Notes under the pieces: generated by a model
Databases searched by the model: none
Told to the model about the DNA's origin: nothing
The model's input: only the letters and a program-made list of their open reading frames with translations
In this document: positions 10,415 to 19,860 of the stretch, in pieces
How positions within the stretch are numbered: position 1 is the stretch's first letter
Layout: every line of letters starts with the position of its first letter
Virus record (IMG/VR): IMGVR_UViG_3300049460_000121
Span: 139,468-203,467 of that record
Direction: 5' to 3' (one strand)
Length of the DNA stretch: 64,000 nt
Source: a virus
Lineage: Duplodnaviria > Heunggongvirae > Uroviricota > Caudoviricetes
Position numbers and translations under genes: made by a program

Positions 10415-10900
10415 TTACGCTACTTGTTTCAGTTCTCTACGGAGCTCTTCGAAGAACTCCATTTGCCAATCACTGTCACGAGGACAGATGACTTTAGGCG
10501 GCTTATCCGCATATGGCGAACCGAAATAGTAGTAATGGACGAAGGGCATGTCGGAACCACGCAACAGTTCTTTCAGTTCCTCGTTGTCCATCACCTTGGC
10601 GCGAACGCCAATGAGGAACTGTTCCTTGAAGTCCTGGTTCCACACCACTTCGAGCGTGTTGCCGAACTTCTTTGCATCGAAGCCGGACATGGCTCTGAGC
10701 GATTCATGCTTACAACCAGTCTTCAGGTAATACCACAGACCTTCAGCCGTGCGGAACATCCCGTAGACCGGATGATTTACCGGTAAATCAGACAGGTTGG
10801 TCAACAGCCTACCCAAGCGTGTGCGGCCCTTGGTGTAAACGTTGATTTCAGTCATCCCATCGTCCAGAGGGTTGTGAGTTTTATCGACTGCGTTACTCAT
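10415..10900 (-). CDS. NADAR (YbiA / T4 gp30.3-like) family protein, putative ADP-ribosyl hydrolase
   Basis: L[ST]N....P......F.TAEG.W...K, ..SG..AK..G and K...N..L...L..S patterns match the NADAR family as I recall it. Confidence 0.6.
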   Translation of the reverse strand: MSNAVDKTHNPLDDGMTEINVYTKGRTRLGRLLTNLSDLPVNHPVYGMFRTAEGLWYYLKTGCKHESLRAMSGFDAKKFGNTLEVVWNQDFKEQFLIGVRAKVMDNEELKELLRGSDMPFVHYYYFGSPYADKPPKVICPRDSDWQMEFFEELRRELKQVA

Positions 10901-11351
10901 CGCTGGGTTCCTCTGGTTCAGGAGTTTCAGGTTTCGGTGTCGCTGGACGGCGACGCTTGCGGGTATTCTCTGCTACGTGTTGCAACCGGCGATCGGAATA
11001 GCGGTTCCGAACTTCGATCTCGCTCGTGTAGACTTTGTCACCGTAGTGCATGTCGATGCGCACCACGTACTTGTCACAGCCTAGCAGTTGGATCAGAGTC
11101 TCCAACCGTTCCCACGAGATTGAGGGTCTCGTTAACGCACGGGAGAGGTTGTTCTTCTCTTGAGCGACTAATCGCTTATCACCCCCATACACCTTTTGGT
11201 AATAGCGTTCCATCTTACGATCGAGGCTATCAACATTAGGGGAATGGGCCATGAGGATATCTCGAAACATTAGGGCGAGTAGGTTCTCTACATCGTCCTT
11301 ACCTGTTTCTGGATTGTTCACAATACTGCGAAACGTTTTAGCGCTCATCAT
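10893..11351 (-). CDS. Hypothetical protein
   Basis: 152-aa ORF overlapping the next gene's start (coupled); basic/acidic C-terminal tail. Confidence 0.7.
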   Translation of the reverse strand: MMSAKTFRSIVNNPETGKDDVENLLALMFRDILMAHSPNVDSLDRKMERYYQKVYGGDKRLVAQEKNNLSRALTRPSISWERLETLIQLLGCDKYVVRIDMHYGDKVYTSEIEVRNRYSDRRLQHVAENTRKRRRPATPKPETPEPEEPSDE

Positions 11352-11402
11352 CGTATCCTGTTGCAGGTCCCACTTACTTTCGATGGAGGGACAGAGGATG
11401 TT

Positions 11403-11927
11403 TTAGGTGTTGCGGATTGTAATGGATGTTTCGAGCACAGAGAGTACGTCACTCACCACCCCTGAGAAGTTCTTTCTCATGTAGATAGAGTATGAATGCA
11501 GTGGATCGGTGTACTTGTCTACATATTCGTAATGTATGACTGACAGCTTTTGCAGCAATAGCTCTAGAACGTCCTGTGGTGACCTGTAACCGCTGCGGAC
11601 GTCGTAATAGTAGTCCACAATGGTTACTTCACTCATGTTCCTTCTACGGGCTCTCCAGGAGTTCGGAGTGTCTGTTTCGGAATGCATGCAGGAGTACAAC
11701 GTATCTAACCTGAAGAACAGGTCATTCACGGTGTCTGTGTACGTCATCAAACTGACGTCGAAGTGTTTGCTCCCAAGTTCCGGTAATTTTATAGACGTGG
11801 CGACTTCCGCCAACAGGAACATACGTTCCCAATCGTCATCTGGTAATCGTTCGGGCAGGAAGAGTTTATCCACGCCCAGCAGACGGTAAATAAAATCTAG
11901 CATAGGAGACAGCCATGTCTGGTGCAT
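11403..11927 (-). CDS. Hypothetical protein (start uncertain, possibly ATG at 11903)
   Basis: 174-aa ORF with protein-like composition; no clear SD. Confidence 0.6.
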   Translation of the reverse strand: MHQTWLSPMLDFIYRLLGVDKLFLPERLPDDDWERMFLLAEVATSIKLPELGSKHFDVSLMTYTDTVNDLFFRLDTLYSCMHSETDTPNSWRARRRNMSEVTIVDYYYDVRSGYRSPQDVLELLLQKLSVIHYEYVDKYTDPLHSYSIYMRKNFSGVVSDVLSVLETSITIRNT

Positions 11928-12343
11928 TGGAAGGGGAAGTATTCGTCGCCCAACAGGGTGACGTTGATCCCAGCGAAGTTGTAAAGTTTACTCAACGCTT
12001 GCGCTACCAAATGGTCGGCGATCTGACCGACCATGGTGGTAACGTCCGGGGCGACAACAAAGAACTGGCCAGCCTGCTGCGTGACATGGACCGTTCGGCC
12101 CTGACGCAACGTGAGCTGAACATTCAGGAAGACAGCCGTCAAGACGGCCGCCTTGCCATTGAAGCCTACAAGGAATTCCGTGGGATGCTTGGACAAGACC
12201 CATTCTCGCAAGGTGGGACTATCCAACGTCGTCGCGATCCTACGGAAGGACTGGTTCTCCCGCCGGCTGAGTTGGTTCCGGGTGAGGACCATCAGGGGGA
12301 GCAGTCCCTGAATATTGACGATTATGTATCGCCTGAAACATAG
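11915..12343 (+). CDS. Hypothetical protein
   Basis: 142 aa, strong SD AGGAG, typical codon usage. Confidence 0.7.
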   Translation: MSGALEGEVFVAQQGDVDPSEVVKFTQRLRYQMVGDLTDHGGNVRGDNKELASLLRDMDRSALTQRELNIQEDSRQDGRLAIEAYKEFRGMLGQDPFSQGGTIQRRRDPTEGLVLPPAELVPGEDHQGEQSLNIDDYVSPET

Positions 12344-13055
12344 CCTTGTTGTAGCAGACCCAGGCCGTAGGAACGTGGATCAGGGATACCCATTCTTGGA
12401 GTACCCCGGAGCGACACGCAAACGGGTCATTGACCCCTTTCTCCGGTGCAGGGTCTTTCCCCAGTGGCGAGATGCGAGAGGTCATGATCACGTTTTCAGG
12501 GATCTTGTTCTTGAGCAACTCGTCCTGGTGGTGCTTCAACCAATCTTCGACGTCATACAGCGCGATCATCTCGAACTGATGCTCGAAGCGTTTCACCGTC
12601 AAATCCTTCCAGGGCACGTACGCCCCAAAGACACGCGTTGGCAGCGGCATGTAATGCTGCATGCACTTAACGACGATGTCCCGCTCAGCCTGCGACAGAT
12701 CGGAATACGGATAGAAGTTGATGTAGATGTCCAATGCATCGAACTCCACACCACGCTCCAATGCTGGCAGCTCCTTCTTAATGTCCATTCGAATCTGGTA
12801 GACAAAGTCTGTCATCTTCGCATAGGCAATAGTATCCCCGTTCCGTTCAGCGAACGCTTTCTGATACGCATCCCACTCGACCATGCCGTCTGTAGCTTTT
12901 TCGAAGTTGTCGTGTTGCCGGAAACGGTAGTACTCAGTCGAGGCCAGCACTTCTGCCAGCCCATCCTTTTCCTCTTCGCCCATCATGCGGACGACCGTGG
13001 CGTGGCGAACATCAAGCAACATCTCGATATCGATCAGTGCTCTCTGATTAGCCAT
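12240..13055 (-). CDS. Hypothetical protein
   Basis: 271-aa ORF abutting the upstream gene; 3' end overlaps the convergent gene by 104 nt. Confidence 0.75.
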   Translation of the reverse strand: MANQRALIDIEMLLDVRHATVVRMMGEEEKDGLAEVLASTEYYRFRQHDNFEKATDGMVEWDAYQKAFAERNGDTIAYAKMTDFVYQIRMDIKKELPALERGVEFDALDIYINFYPYSDLSQAERDIVVKCMQHYMPLPTRVFGAYVPWKDLTVKRFEHQFEMIALYDVEDWLKHHQDELLKNKIPENVIMTSRISPLGKDPAPEKGVNDPFACRSGVLQEWVSLIHVPTAWVCYNKAMFQAIHNRQYSGTAPPDGPHPEPTQPAGEPVLP

Positions 13056-13541
13056 TTACACCTTCCCTGGTTTCTTCCCAGCCATCAGACGATCGATGCC
13101 GAGATCAGCCAGTCGCTTGTTGTACTGACCCATCGACAGCGAGTAGAGGAACATCAGGAGTGGGTTCTTACCCAGCCCCGATTGAATCTCTTCAGCCGTT
13201 TGGCTCATCTGTTTGTTCTCAGATGGAATGCCTTGAGCGTTCTTCAACCACGACATGGATTCCGCTTGGCGTCTGGCTACATCGTTCTGGAGGGTGGTCA
13301 GACCGAGCAGGTAAACGTATTCGTTCACCATCTCGATGATCCACTCCATGTCGAACTGTTCGGCGGAGAGTTTCTTCCACACACGCAGCCCACCGGTTTC
13401 AGTGGTGATCGAGTTACGCCAAACGATACTGCGGGCCAGCAACAACAGCTTGGAGGCGCGAATGTACGCCTCGTTGCCGAAGGGTTCAGTGAAGCGGGAG
13501 ATAATGGAATCGGCCACTTCGATGTCATTAGGCTTTTGCAT
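13056..13541 (-). CDS. Hypothetical protein next to the vRNAP subunit gene
   Basis: 161-aa ORF, SD AAGGA, in an operon with the RNAP fragment. Confidence 0.75.
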   Translation of the reverse strand: MQKPNDIEVADSIISRFTEPFGNEAYIRASKLLLLARSIVWRNSITTETGGLRVWKKLSAEQFDMEWIIEMVNEYVYLLGLTTLQNDVARRQAESMSWLKNAQGIPSENKQMSQTAEEIQSGLGKNPLLMFLYSLSMGQYNKRLADLGIDRLMAGKKPGKV

Positions 13542-13550
13542 AGACGTCCT

Positions 13551-14306
13551 TTAAGGTCGTTCAGCGCCCACGGTGCCAGGAGCAAAGGCATCGTTAGGAA
13601 CTGGTGTCCCAGGTTTCAGGTTGTTGCCCAGGTGCATGCAGTTGAAGAACACGGACATGGTGTCGATGGATTTGGCATTACCCAAGCCAGACACTTGTTC
13701 CAGCGTACATTCGCCGTTCTCAACCAGTTGACGACGCATCTCACGATAAGCCGCTTCGTCACCACCCCGTACCTTGATCTTCTCCATGATGGTCCGGTCA
13801 AGGCCACGAGAAGACAACGAGCTGAGTTCAGGTGCCGATACACGACTACCCTTCGATTGGCTCGTAGGTTGGTTGGTGAGGTCATCGATACGCTGGTTGT
13901 GTTCAGGGATCGAACGCTTCTTGACAACTGTCTGCGCTTGACGACGCACGGGCAGGTCCAGCACCGGGTAAGGGTGAGGTGTCACGTATTGCAGACCGGT
14001 GGCACCGTCCGTCATGACCAAGCGGTGGGTGAGCGACTTGCCGAGGCTACGCACCAGTTGGAAGTTACGGGCGATGGAGATCCGTGCCTTGCCGAGGTTA
14101 GGAACATAAAACGGGAGCATCTCCCGGTTCTTGATCTCTTCCGGGGTAGAGGCTGGAGCCAGACGTTTAAGGTACGTCTCGAACTCCTTGTCAGACATGG
14201 CAGCGAACTTAGCCGCTAGCAGGTCTGGGTTTGTCTTATCGCCAGGAATAATCTTGGCGACGTTGTCCAAGATGAACTTGGTTACCTTCTCACGTTTAGC
14301 GTTCAC
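13551..14306 (-). CDS. rpoB: Virion RNA polymerase beta subunit, C-terminal fragment (phiKZ gp149-like)
   Basis: RRQAQTVVKK, KGSRVSAPE (equivalent to GGQRFGEME) and KVRGGD (equivalent to TVKSDD) motifs. GTG start at 14306 preceded by AAGGGTG. Confidence 0.85.
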   Translation of the reverse strand: MNAKREKVTKFILDNVAKIIPGDKTNPDLLAAKFAAMSDKEFETYLKRLAPASTPEEIKNREMLPFYVPNLGKARISIARNFQLVRSLGKSLTHRLVMTDGATGLQYVTPHPYPVLDLPVRRQAQTVVKKRSIPEHNQRIDDLTNQPTSQSKGSRVSAPELSSLSSRGLDRTIMEKIKVRGGDEAAYREMRRQLVENGECTLEQVSGLGNAKSIDTMSVFFNCMHLGNNLKPGTPVPNDAFAPGTVGAERP

Positions 14307-14332
14307 GGGATCACCCTTTGGTTGCACTTACA

Positions 14333-14363
14333 GCATATACGTGGCTGACATTGGCCAGCCACG
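14333..14363 (-). promoter_or_regulatory. Hairpin followed by TATG (candidate terminator plus late promoter) upstream of the vRNAP subunit
   Basis: Stem CGTGGCTG/CAGCCACG then TATATGC on the minus strand; TATG is the phiKZ late-promoter core. Confidence 0.4.
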
Positions 14364-14383
14364 ATACGTCACGATGCAACGGC

Positions 14384-14653
14384 TTACGCCGAAGGGAGAT
14401 TGAAGCGAACCAGGGTCGGAAGGACATGACCACGGAAGTACTTCAACCACTGTTCCGGTTGGAGATCATCGATCAAGCATTCACGCTCGTCGAGGGTAGG
14501 AACTGGCGCCTTACTCAACTGGATACGGAAGTACTTGTTGAGGGAGACCATCTCGTCCCCGTGAGTGTTCTTGTAGGTGGAACGGAACACATCGCCGAGC
14601 ACTTGCTTCTGCTCGCTGAGCAGGTCTTCAACATCTTGGGATAGGTGGGTCAT
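14384..14653 (-). CDS. Small hypothetical protein
   Basis: 89 aa, SD AAGGA. Confidence 0.7.
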   Translation of the reverse strand: MTHLSQDVEDLLSEQKQVLGDVFRSTYKNTHGDEMVSLNKYFRIQLSKAPVPTLDERECLIDDLQPEQWLKYFRGHVLPTLVRFNLPSA

Positions 14654-14690
14654 GACAGCAATTCCTTGTGGGATGACTCACCTACACCGC

Positions 14691-16130
14691 TTAGTCAGCG
14701 ATGATTTCAGGCAAGCCCATTTCTTTACGTGATTTTGGATACCAGTACGGGTGATACTTACCAACCCGCATACGGAGAATGTCCAGGGTCGACAGGAACG
14801 GAACCGCAGCACCTTCTTCAATGGTCGTGTGCCAGAAGCGGGTGTTCAAGAGCAGATCCCAATCGTAGCCCATGGCCTTGATTTCGTTGTACAGTGCTTC
14901 TGGTTCGCAGTGGTAGGAATCATCGATGTCCGTGCGGTACGTGAAAGTCCAGTGCATCTCCATAAGGATTTGCGCGGCGCGTTGAGCAGCGAACGATTCG
15001 CGCAGCTTCTTACGGACGTTGGTACGACGGATGGACATCTCAGGAACCAACGCCAAGGCGTAGCTCTGAAGGTTACCCACCAAACCGTAACGACCCGCTT
15101 CACGCAACAGATAGATGAAGTTGGACATGTACGGCAGCCAGCCTTCCTTCTGACTGACGATGATCGGCAATGGGATACCCGACGGACCGTACTTCCCACG
15201 CATGTTGGTGAGTTTCAGTTCGATGAGATCCGCTTGCTTGGTTTCATCACCAGGCTCGTACGGGAATTCGGCTACACCCTTCTCCTGCATCTGCGTGAAG
15301 TGGGTGATTGCATAACAGTTGCCGGTCTGGAAGCTCAGGTTCTCAGGCACGCGTTTGAGTTTCACGTCGCCTTTGAGGTGGTTGAGCGTCTTGATGTTCG
15401 GCTTGCGCGGATCAAGCTGGTACTGTTGACCAACATGCGCCGTGCTCAATAGATAGATACCGTGCTTCGCCGTGAGGTCTGGCGCTTGCTCGACGATCTG
15501 CGATTTACCGCTGTTGACACGCATGGCCAACATGTTCAGTTCGGATGTACCGACGCTGCCTGTGTCCAGCATTTCGACGGCCGATTCAGCCTTGAGGCCT
15601 GACAGGGAATCCCAGAACTCGAGCAACGGTACGAAGTATTCGTACGGCTTGCCGGTGCCAGTATCCATCAGTTCCAGCTGGACGCGAGGTTCTTCCTTCA
15701 AACGCTTCTTGGCGTATTCTTTGAGGACGTTGAACAGCTCGGTGCCGTTGTAGTCCACCGACGAGGTGAAGAACATCCGGTCTTTAGCGATCAGCGACTC
15801 CGGTACTGGGAAGCCGGGCAGGGGCAGACCCATGGACAGGCGTGTGATGCGCTCTACACGTTCCTGGACGATCGTCGTCTCAGTGTCGTGGACATGCATA
15901 ACTGAGGCTGAGAAAGCGCGCAACATAGCACCGCCGAAACCGGCAGCGATGGTGGACTTAAACATGTTCGGCAAAGCAGCGATGCAGGAGAATGGAGCCA
16001 GCCCGCCGTTCAGGATCATTTGCCCTTTATGACCCTTGACCCAGTTACCGGCCGAGACGTCCAGGATGGTTCCTGTGTTCGGCATGGGGTAGAACGGTGC
16101 AGCAGGTTTCTTCCATGCGGCTTTAAACAT
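14691..16130 (-). CDS. uvsX: UvsX/RecA-like recombinase (phiKZ gp152-like)
   Basis: Variant Walker A ALPNMFKST, DTE motif, Walker B FWDSLS, STAHVG. ATG at 16130 with SD GGAG. Confidence 0.85.
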   Translation of the reverse strand: MFKAAWKKPAAPFYPMPNTGTILDVSAGNWVKGHKGQMILNGGLAPFSCIAALPNMFKSTIAAGFGGAMLRAFSASVMHVHDTETTIVQERVERITRLSMGLPLPGFPVPESLIAKDRMFFTSSVDYNGTELFNVLKEYAKKRLKEEPRVQLELMDTGTGKPYEYFVPLLEFWDSLSGLKAESAVEMLDTGSVGTSELNMLAMRVNSGKSQIVEQAPDLTAKHGIYLLSTAHVGQQYQLDPRKPNIKTLNHLKGDVKLKRVPENLSFQTGNCYAITHFTQMQEKGVAEFPYEPGDETKQADLIELKLTNMRGKYGPSGIPLPIIVSQKEGWLPYMSNFIYLLREAGRYGLVGNLQSYALALVPEMSIRRTNVRKKLRESFAAQRAAQILMEMHWTFTYRTDIDDSYHCEPEALYNEIKAMGYDWDLLLNTRFWHTTIEEGAAVPFLSTLDILRMRVGKYHPYWYPKSRKEMGLPEIIAD

Positions 16131-16147
16131 ATATTGCTCCGGTTTGA

Positions 16148-16151
16148 TATG
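16148..16151 (+). promoter_or_regulatory. Candidate late promoter core TATG
   Basis: TATG in the divergent spacer about 65 nt upstream of a virion gene; a 4-nt motif, so weak. Confidence 0.3.
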
Positions 16152-16215
16152 TAGCACGATAAGCGGACCGTGCAGAACTTATACACCCTACCCAATCAAC
16201 CGAGGGGACGAAAAC

Positions 16216-17067
16216 GTGTCCAAAGAAAACGCCTTTCTAAAAGAACTCGTTAGCAGTGAGATGCACAGTAATGTTGACTATCTCATGTCGACCGCCAGTA
16301 ACTTTTCACAAGAAAGTAAAGTGATGACTTTCGTCGACGACATCCGTTCGCAGTTCGGTGCGTTCATTGGTCGTGCGGCGACGTTCTTCAACAGCTCGAA
16401 AGTGGGTAACTTTAAGCCGTCCACTGTAATTCCAGGGAAACTAACCGAGTTCGCTAATGCTGATGGCTATCGCAGCATCGGGCAAAAAGTGATCTCGATT
16501 CCTCTCGGATTTCAAGGTAAGTACATAGACTATATCCAGGCTCTGTCTTCTGCCTTGGCCTACGTGGAAACGTTGGAGAAGACCATCGGCGCCACGAGTC
16601 AACAACTCGCCACCGTAGCCAGCGAACCGGATCGCATGAAGGCTCAGAGCGCTCTGCGTAATCTGGAATCCTTGATCAAACCGATGCCAGCATCGGAGTT
16701 CAATGCCCTGCGTGCGTTCTGCGGCAACCACGGCAAGACTCAGGCTCGTCTGTCTGACGTAGTGGACAATGGCGCCGACATCGGCGCTATCTACCGTGAA
16801 GTCAACAACCTCAACCAGCGCTGCTCTCGCGTTGACTGGGCAGGCATCGATCGCAAGACTTCCCGTCTGGCTGAACTGATCGTCCACGTCCAGAAAGAGA
16901 TCGAGGCAGCAGGTGATGGTGGTACCTCCGGTGCAGCAGCTAGTGCACTGTCTACCATGGTCTATGGCTTGGCCACTTCGGTGTCCGCAGCAGCCGTTGT
17001 ATTGTCCGGTGTGATGGAACTGACCCATTGCCTCGCTCAGAACGTTGGCGAAGTAGTCGGCGCGTAA
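16216..17067 (+). CDS. Virion head/internal protein (phiKZ gp153-like)
   Basis: GTG start after SD GAGGGG. N-terminal S-x-E sites (SSE, SQE) typical of protease-processed head proteins; located next to uvsX. Confidence 0.7.
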   Translation: MSKENAFLKELVSSEMHSNVDYLMSTASNFSQESKVMTFVDDIRSQFGAFIGRAATFFNSSKVGNFKPSTVIPGKLTEFANADGYRSIGQKVISIPLGFQGKYIDYIQALSSALAYVETLEKTIGATSQQLATVASEPDRMKAQSALRNLESLIKPMPASEFNALRAFCGNHGKTQARLSDVVDNGADIGAIYREVNNLNQRCSRVDWAGIDRKTSRLAELIVHVQKEIEAAGDGGTSGAAASALSTMVYGLATSVSAAAVVLSGVMELTHCLAQNVGEVVGA

Positions 17068-17076
17068 GCAGCACAA

Positions 17077-17105
17077 ACCACCTGGGGTTTCACGCCCCAG
17101 GTGGT
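17077..17105. terminator. Hairpin terminator between convergent genes
   Basis: 11-bp stem ACCACCTGGGG/CCCCAGGTGGT, with TATGC downstream. Confidence 0.7.
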
Positions 17106-17114
17106 CTCATTCCT

Positions 17115-17537
17115 TTATGCTGTCCGCAAACAGTCGAGTACTGTTCTCACATCCATCGTAAACGTGGATCCGTCACCGTACTGGAACCAGCGAGGTAACA
17201 TTGAGGTCAGCTCATTAGACAGCGTGCTGAGATCGACCTGGCCCGTCTGGAATCGCTCCAGCATGAGTTGGGGATCGACCTTTTTCCACATCCACCCGGA
17301 TATGGCAGCTGGAAGCATCAGCGCACTTGCAGAGCATGCCAAGTGTAACTGAGTATTCACGTTGTCCATTTCTGTTGCAGATGGATTCTTGACACCCTTC
17401 AGCTTGAAATACAACGACGCTACGACAATCAGTCGACGAATACGGCAGTGGACCTTATTCTTGTCACAGACAGTATTTCTTGCGTGTGGGCAAGCTGGCA
17501 GGGATTCTTGCGATGACGCAATAACATTGCCGGACAT
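17115..17537 (-). CDS. Hypothetical protein
   Basis: 140-aa ORF downstream of RNase H on the same strand. Confidence 0.65.
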   Translation of the reverse strand: MSGNVIASSQESLPACPHARNTVCDKNKVHCRIRRLIVVASLYFKLKGVKNPSATEMDNVNTQLHLACSASALMLPAAISGWMWKKVDPQLMLERFQTGQVDLSTLSNELTSMLPRWFQYGDGSTFTMDVRTVLDCLRTA

Positions 17538-17568
17538 ATGGGAATACCTACGGGTTATCGGGTTTCAG

Positions 17569-19044
17569 TTATGCCCGATCAATCGCGTAGTGGATGTTGG
17601 ATTCGAAGCGCGCCCACAGACCCACGTCTCCGTTCTCCAATTCCACCATGGTAGCATACCGCCCAACCTTGTCCGACTCGCGCCATGTCACGACCTTCAC
17701 GCTCTTCACGTCAGGACCGAGTGCCGCCAGCTGGTTTCGGGAGATAATGTCGCTACCGAGGATTAATCGAACCTTGGCTTCGTACGGTTTTGGTTCAGCA
17801 TTCTCTTTCTCGAGGTTGAAAACGGGCTTCACATCGATGTACTTCGTGATTTGCGTCACGAGGGGTTTCAGTTTACGGTTGCCCTTAGTGTCCTTATCCT
17901 CATAGATTAGGTCGGTAATCTCGGTGAGGACAAAGTACTTGTCGCCATTCCGTATATTTTTCAACGTCTTACGGAGTGACTGCCAAACACTGGCTTTCCG
18001 GAAACCAAGACCCACTGGAGTTTGCTCAACCATTACCGGTGTCTTGTCGCTATTGACAGTGTCGAGCCGTTCCTGTCCCTCGAACAAGAAGGTGGTCCCG
18101 TAGGTCCGAACTTCGTTGTAGATCCGTGCAGAGAAGATCGTGTCAAGGTGGCCGATCATCAGACGACCACGCTTGACAGAATCACGCTTGATTGCGCTTT
18201 TGCGCAATGCTTCCATGATCGGGTCGGGCTCAGTCACCAAGCATACACCTAGGAAGTTGTCCGCATACCGCTTGCCCGGTAGGTCATCTTCCTTATCCTT
18301 GGTGCCGTGCGTCCCCACGTAGTAAACGTGATGACCAGTATCTTCCACGAAATCCTCTTCCGTGGTGGAGAAGTACCAACGAGGCGCTTGAAGGATACGC
18401 GGCACTTCCGACTTCTGATTCCAGTAGCCAGCAGCGTCACGTTCTTCGCGGATGTCCCCGAGCTTCTTCTGAGACAGCGCCAGACCACGAGTGGCCAAGG
18501 TGTCTGCACGATCGTTCCCCGGATGGCCGTTGTGGCCCTTGATCCATTCCAGGGTCAGCACATCGCAATGTGCCGTCATCTTCTCGAAGATCGCCTTGAC
18601 CTTCTCCCAAGTAGGGCGGTACTTGATCGGTTCGCCGGTGGAACCAACCCAGCCGCGCTTAGCCCACTTGTCTACCCACTGAGTCGTGCCTTGCACCACA
18701 AAGCGGGAGTCAGAGAAGATCTTGACGGTCTTCAGTTCAGGATGTTCTTCAAGCCACTTGAGGGCTTCGTACAACGCCCACAGTTCAGCTTCGTTGTTGC
18801 TGCCCATGACCATGTTGCCGCCAGTCAGGTCGTGGTAGTTCGTGACGGTCACTTTACTGGCAACCGTGCCTTCGAACTGATAACCCAGTGCCGTCGGAAC
18901 AACCTTCGGATTACCGGTACCACGCTTTGGCTCCTCATTGAGGAAAGTGTAAGCGTGAACGCCCCAACCAGCGTGCCGCGTATGCATCAGGTACCCAGCA
19001 TCGCAATAGACGATGGCACTGATCGCCATTGTTTCAGTAGTCAT
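17569..19044 (-). CDS. rnhA: Ribonuclease HI with C-terminal extension (phiKZ gp155-like)
   Basis: VYCDAG, NNEAELWA, IFSDSRFVVQG, WIKGHNGHPGNDRADTLA: all RNase HI catalytic motifs present. Confidence 0.92.
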   Translation of the reverse strand: MTTETMAISAIVYCDAGYLMHTRHAGWGVHAYTFLNEEPKRGTGNPKVVPTALGYQFEGTVASKVTVTNYHDLTGGNMVMGSNNEAELWALYEALKWLEEHPELKTVKIFSDSRFVVQGTTQWVDKWAKRGWVGSTGEPIKYRPTWEKVKAIFEKMTAHCDVLTLEWIKGHNGHPGNDRADTLATRGLALSQKKLGDIREERDAAGYWNQKSEVPRILQAPRWYFSTTEEDFVEDTGHHVYYVGTHGTKDKEDDLPGKRYADNFLGVCLVTEPDPIMEALRKSAIKRDSVKRGRLMIGHLDTIFSARIYNEVRTYGTTFLFEGQERLDTVNSDKTPVMVEQTPVGLGFRKASVWQSLRKTLKNIRNGDKYFVLTEITDLIYEDKDTKGNRKLKPLVTQITKYIDVKPVFNLEKENAEPKPYEAKVRLILGSDIISRNQLAALGPDVKSVKVVTWRESDKVGRYATMVELENGDVGLWARFESNIHYAIDRA

Positions 19045-19104
19045 GCACTATATCCAGTAGGTTAGCAGTATAATTCCTACACAATGAGAAGCCCCTGTAA
19101 AATG

Positions 19105-19407
19105 TTACTTCGTGCAGGTCTGCTTCCGTGCCAGCTTCTTCAAGTCAGCTCGTAGGAGGTCGATGTGTGCGTTAAGGCGATCAACCACGCCCTGGTCGTC
19201 GCCCTCCACTAAGTCATCCAAAGATGGCTTGTCTGGGATGATGTAGGTACCACCCGAATGGCAGGTCACCACCTTAGGGGTCTTGACGACTCTCTTCGGC
19301 CTTTCGATCTGGTTATAGATCGTTATCGAAGTAGGTTGGGGCGTGAGTAGTTGGCACGACCCCAACATGAGTGTCGTGCAAAGCAATAACAGTTTTGGGC
19401 GGATCAT
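19105..19407 (-). CDS. Outer-membrane lipoprotein, o-spanin candidate (Rz1-like)
   Basis: Signal peptide with lipobox LGSC, Pro-rich linker, additional Cys residues; directly after the i-spanin candidate. Confidence 0.65.
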   Translation of the reverse strand: MIRPKLLLLCTTLMLGSCQLLTPQPTSITIYNQIERPKRVVKTPKVVTCHSGGTYIIPDKPSLDDLVEGDDQGVVDRLNAHIDLLRADLKKLARKQTCTK

Positions 19408-19416
19408 ATCGTGGCC

Positions 19417-19824
19417 TTAATCTGTCGCCTTCAGTCTTCCGATGGCATACTCTTTTAGAGACTGTTTCTTCGGAGGCTGGCCAGCGGTTGGACGGTCAGG
19501 TGGTGGCGGTGAAGGTGTTGTGGGGACAGTGGGACGCGCTTTAAGGCGGCCTTCTAATACGCTGATCAAGAGTTTCTGATCATCGTTTGCTTTCTTGATT
19601 TCTACCATCTCTGTTGTCAGTTTGGTGTTTCTGGCGTGCGTGAGGTCGGCCACGACTTTGACATAGTAGAAAAGAATGAACATTACCAGCAAGCAGGCTG
19701 CCAGTCCTGTAGCAGCCTTATTAGAGAGCAGTAACTCCTTAACACCTTTATCCCGCAACACGATCTCTTTCAGAAACGGAAAGAGTGATTTTAAAACAAG
19801 CAGTATCGTGTAGAGAAGGGACAC
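19417..19824 (-). CDS. Inner-membrane protein, i-spanin candidate (Rz-like)
   Basis: N-terminal hydrophobic segments, periplasmic coiled coil, Pro-rich tail; GTG start with SD AAGGAG. Confidence 0.6.
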   Translation of the reverse strand: MSLLYTILLVLKSLFPFLKEIVLRDKGVKELLLSNKAATGLAACLLVMFILFYYVKVVADLTHARNTKLTTEMVEIKKANDDQKLLISVLEGRLKARPTVPTTPSPPPPDRPTAGQPPKKQSLKEYAIGRLKATD

Positions 19825-19856
19825 ATCAGGACTCCTTTTGGGTGCCTAAAAAATAC

Positions 19857-19860
19857 TATG
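19857..19860 (+). promoter_or_regulatory. Candidate late promoter core TATG
   Basis: AT-rich context AAAAAATACTATG upstream of a virion gene. Confidence 0.35.

Noticed and set aside
11352-11402. 50-nt spacer with partial complementarity to the GGAGGACAG motif
   Set aside because: Only about 10 bp with a bulge, largely explained by SD/anti-SD composition.
12315-14219. 634-aa plus-strand ORF
   Set aside because: Antisense shadow of real minus-strand genes including the vRNAP subunit; V/Q/H-rich composition and no SD.
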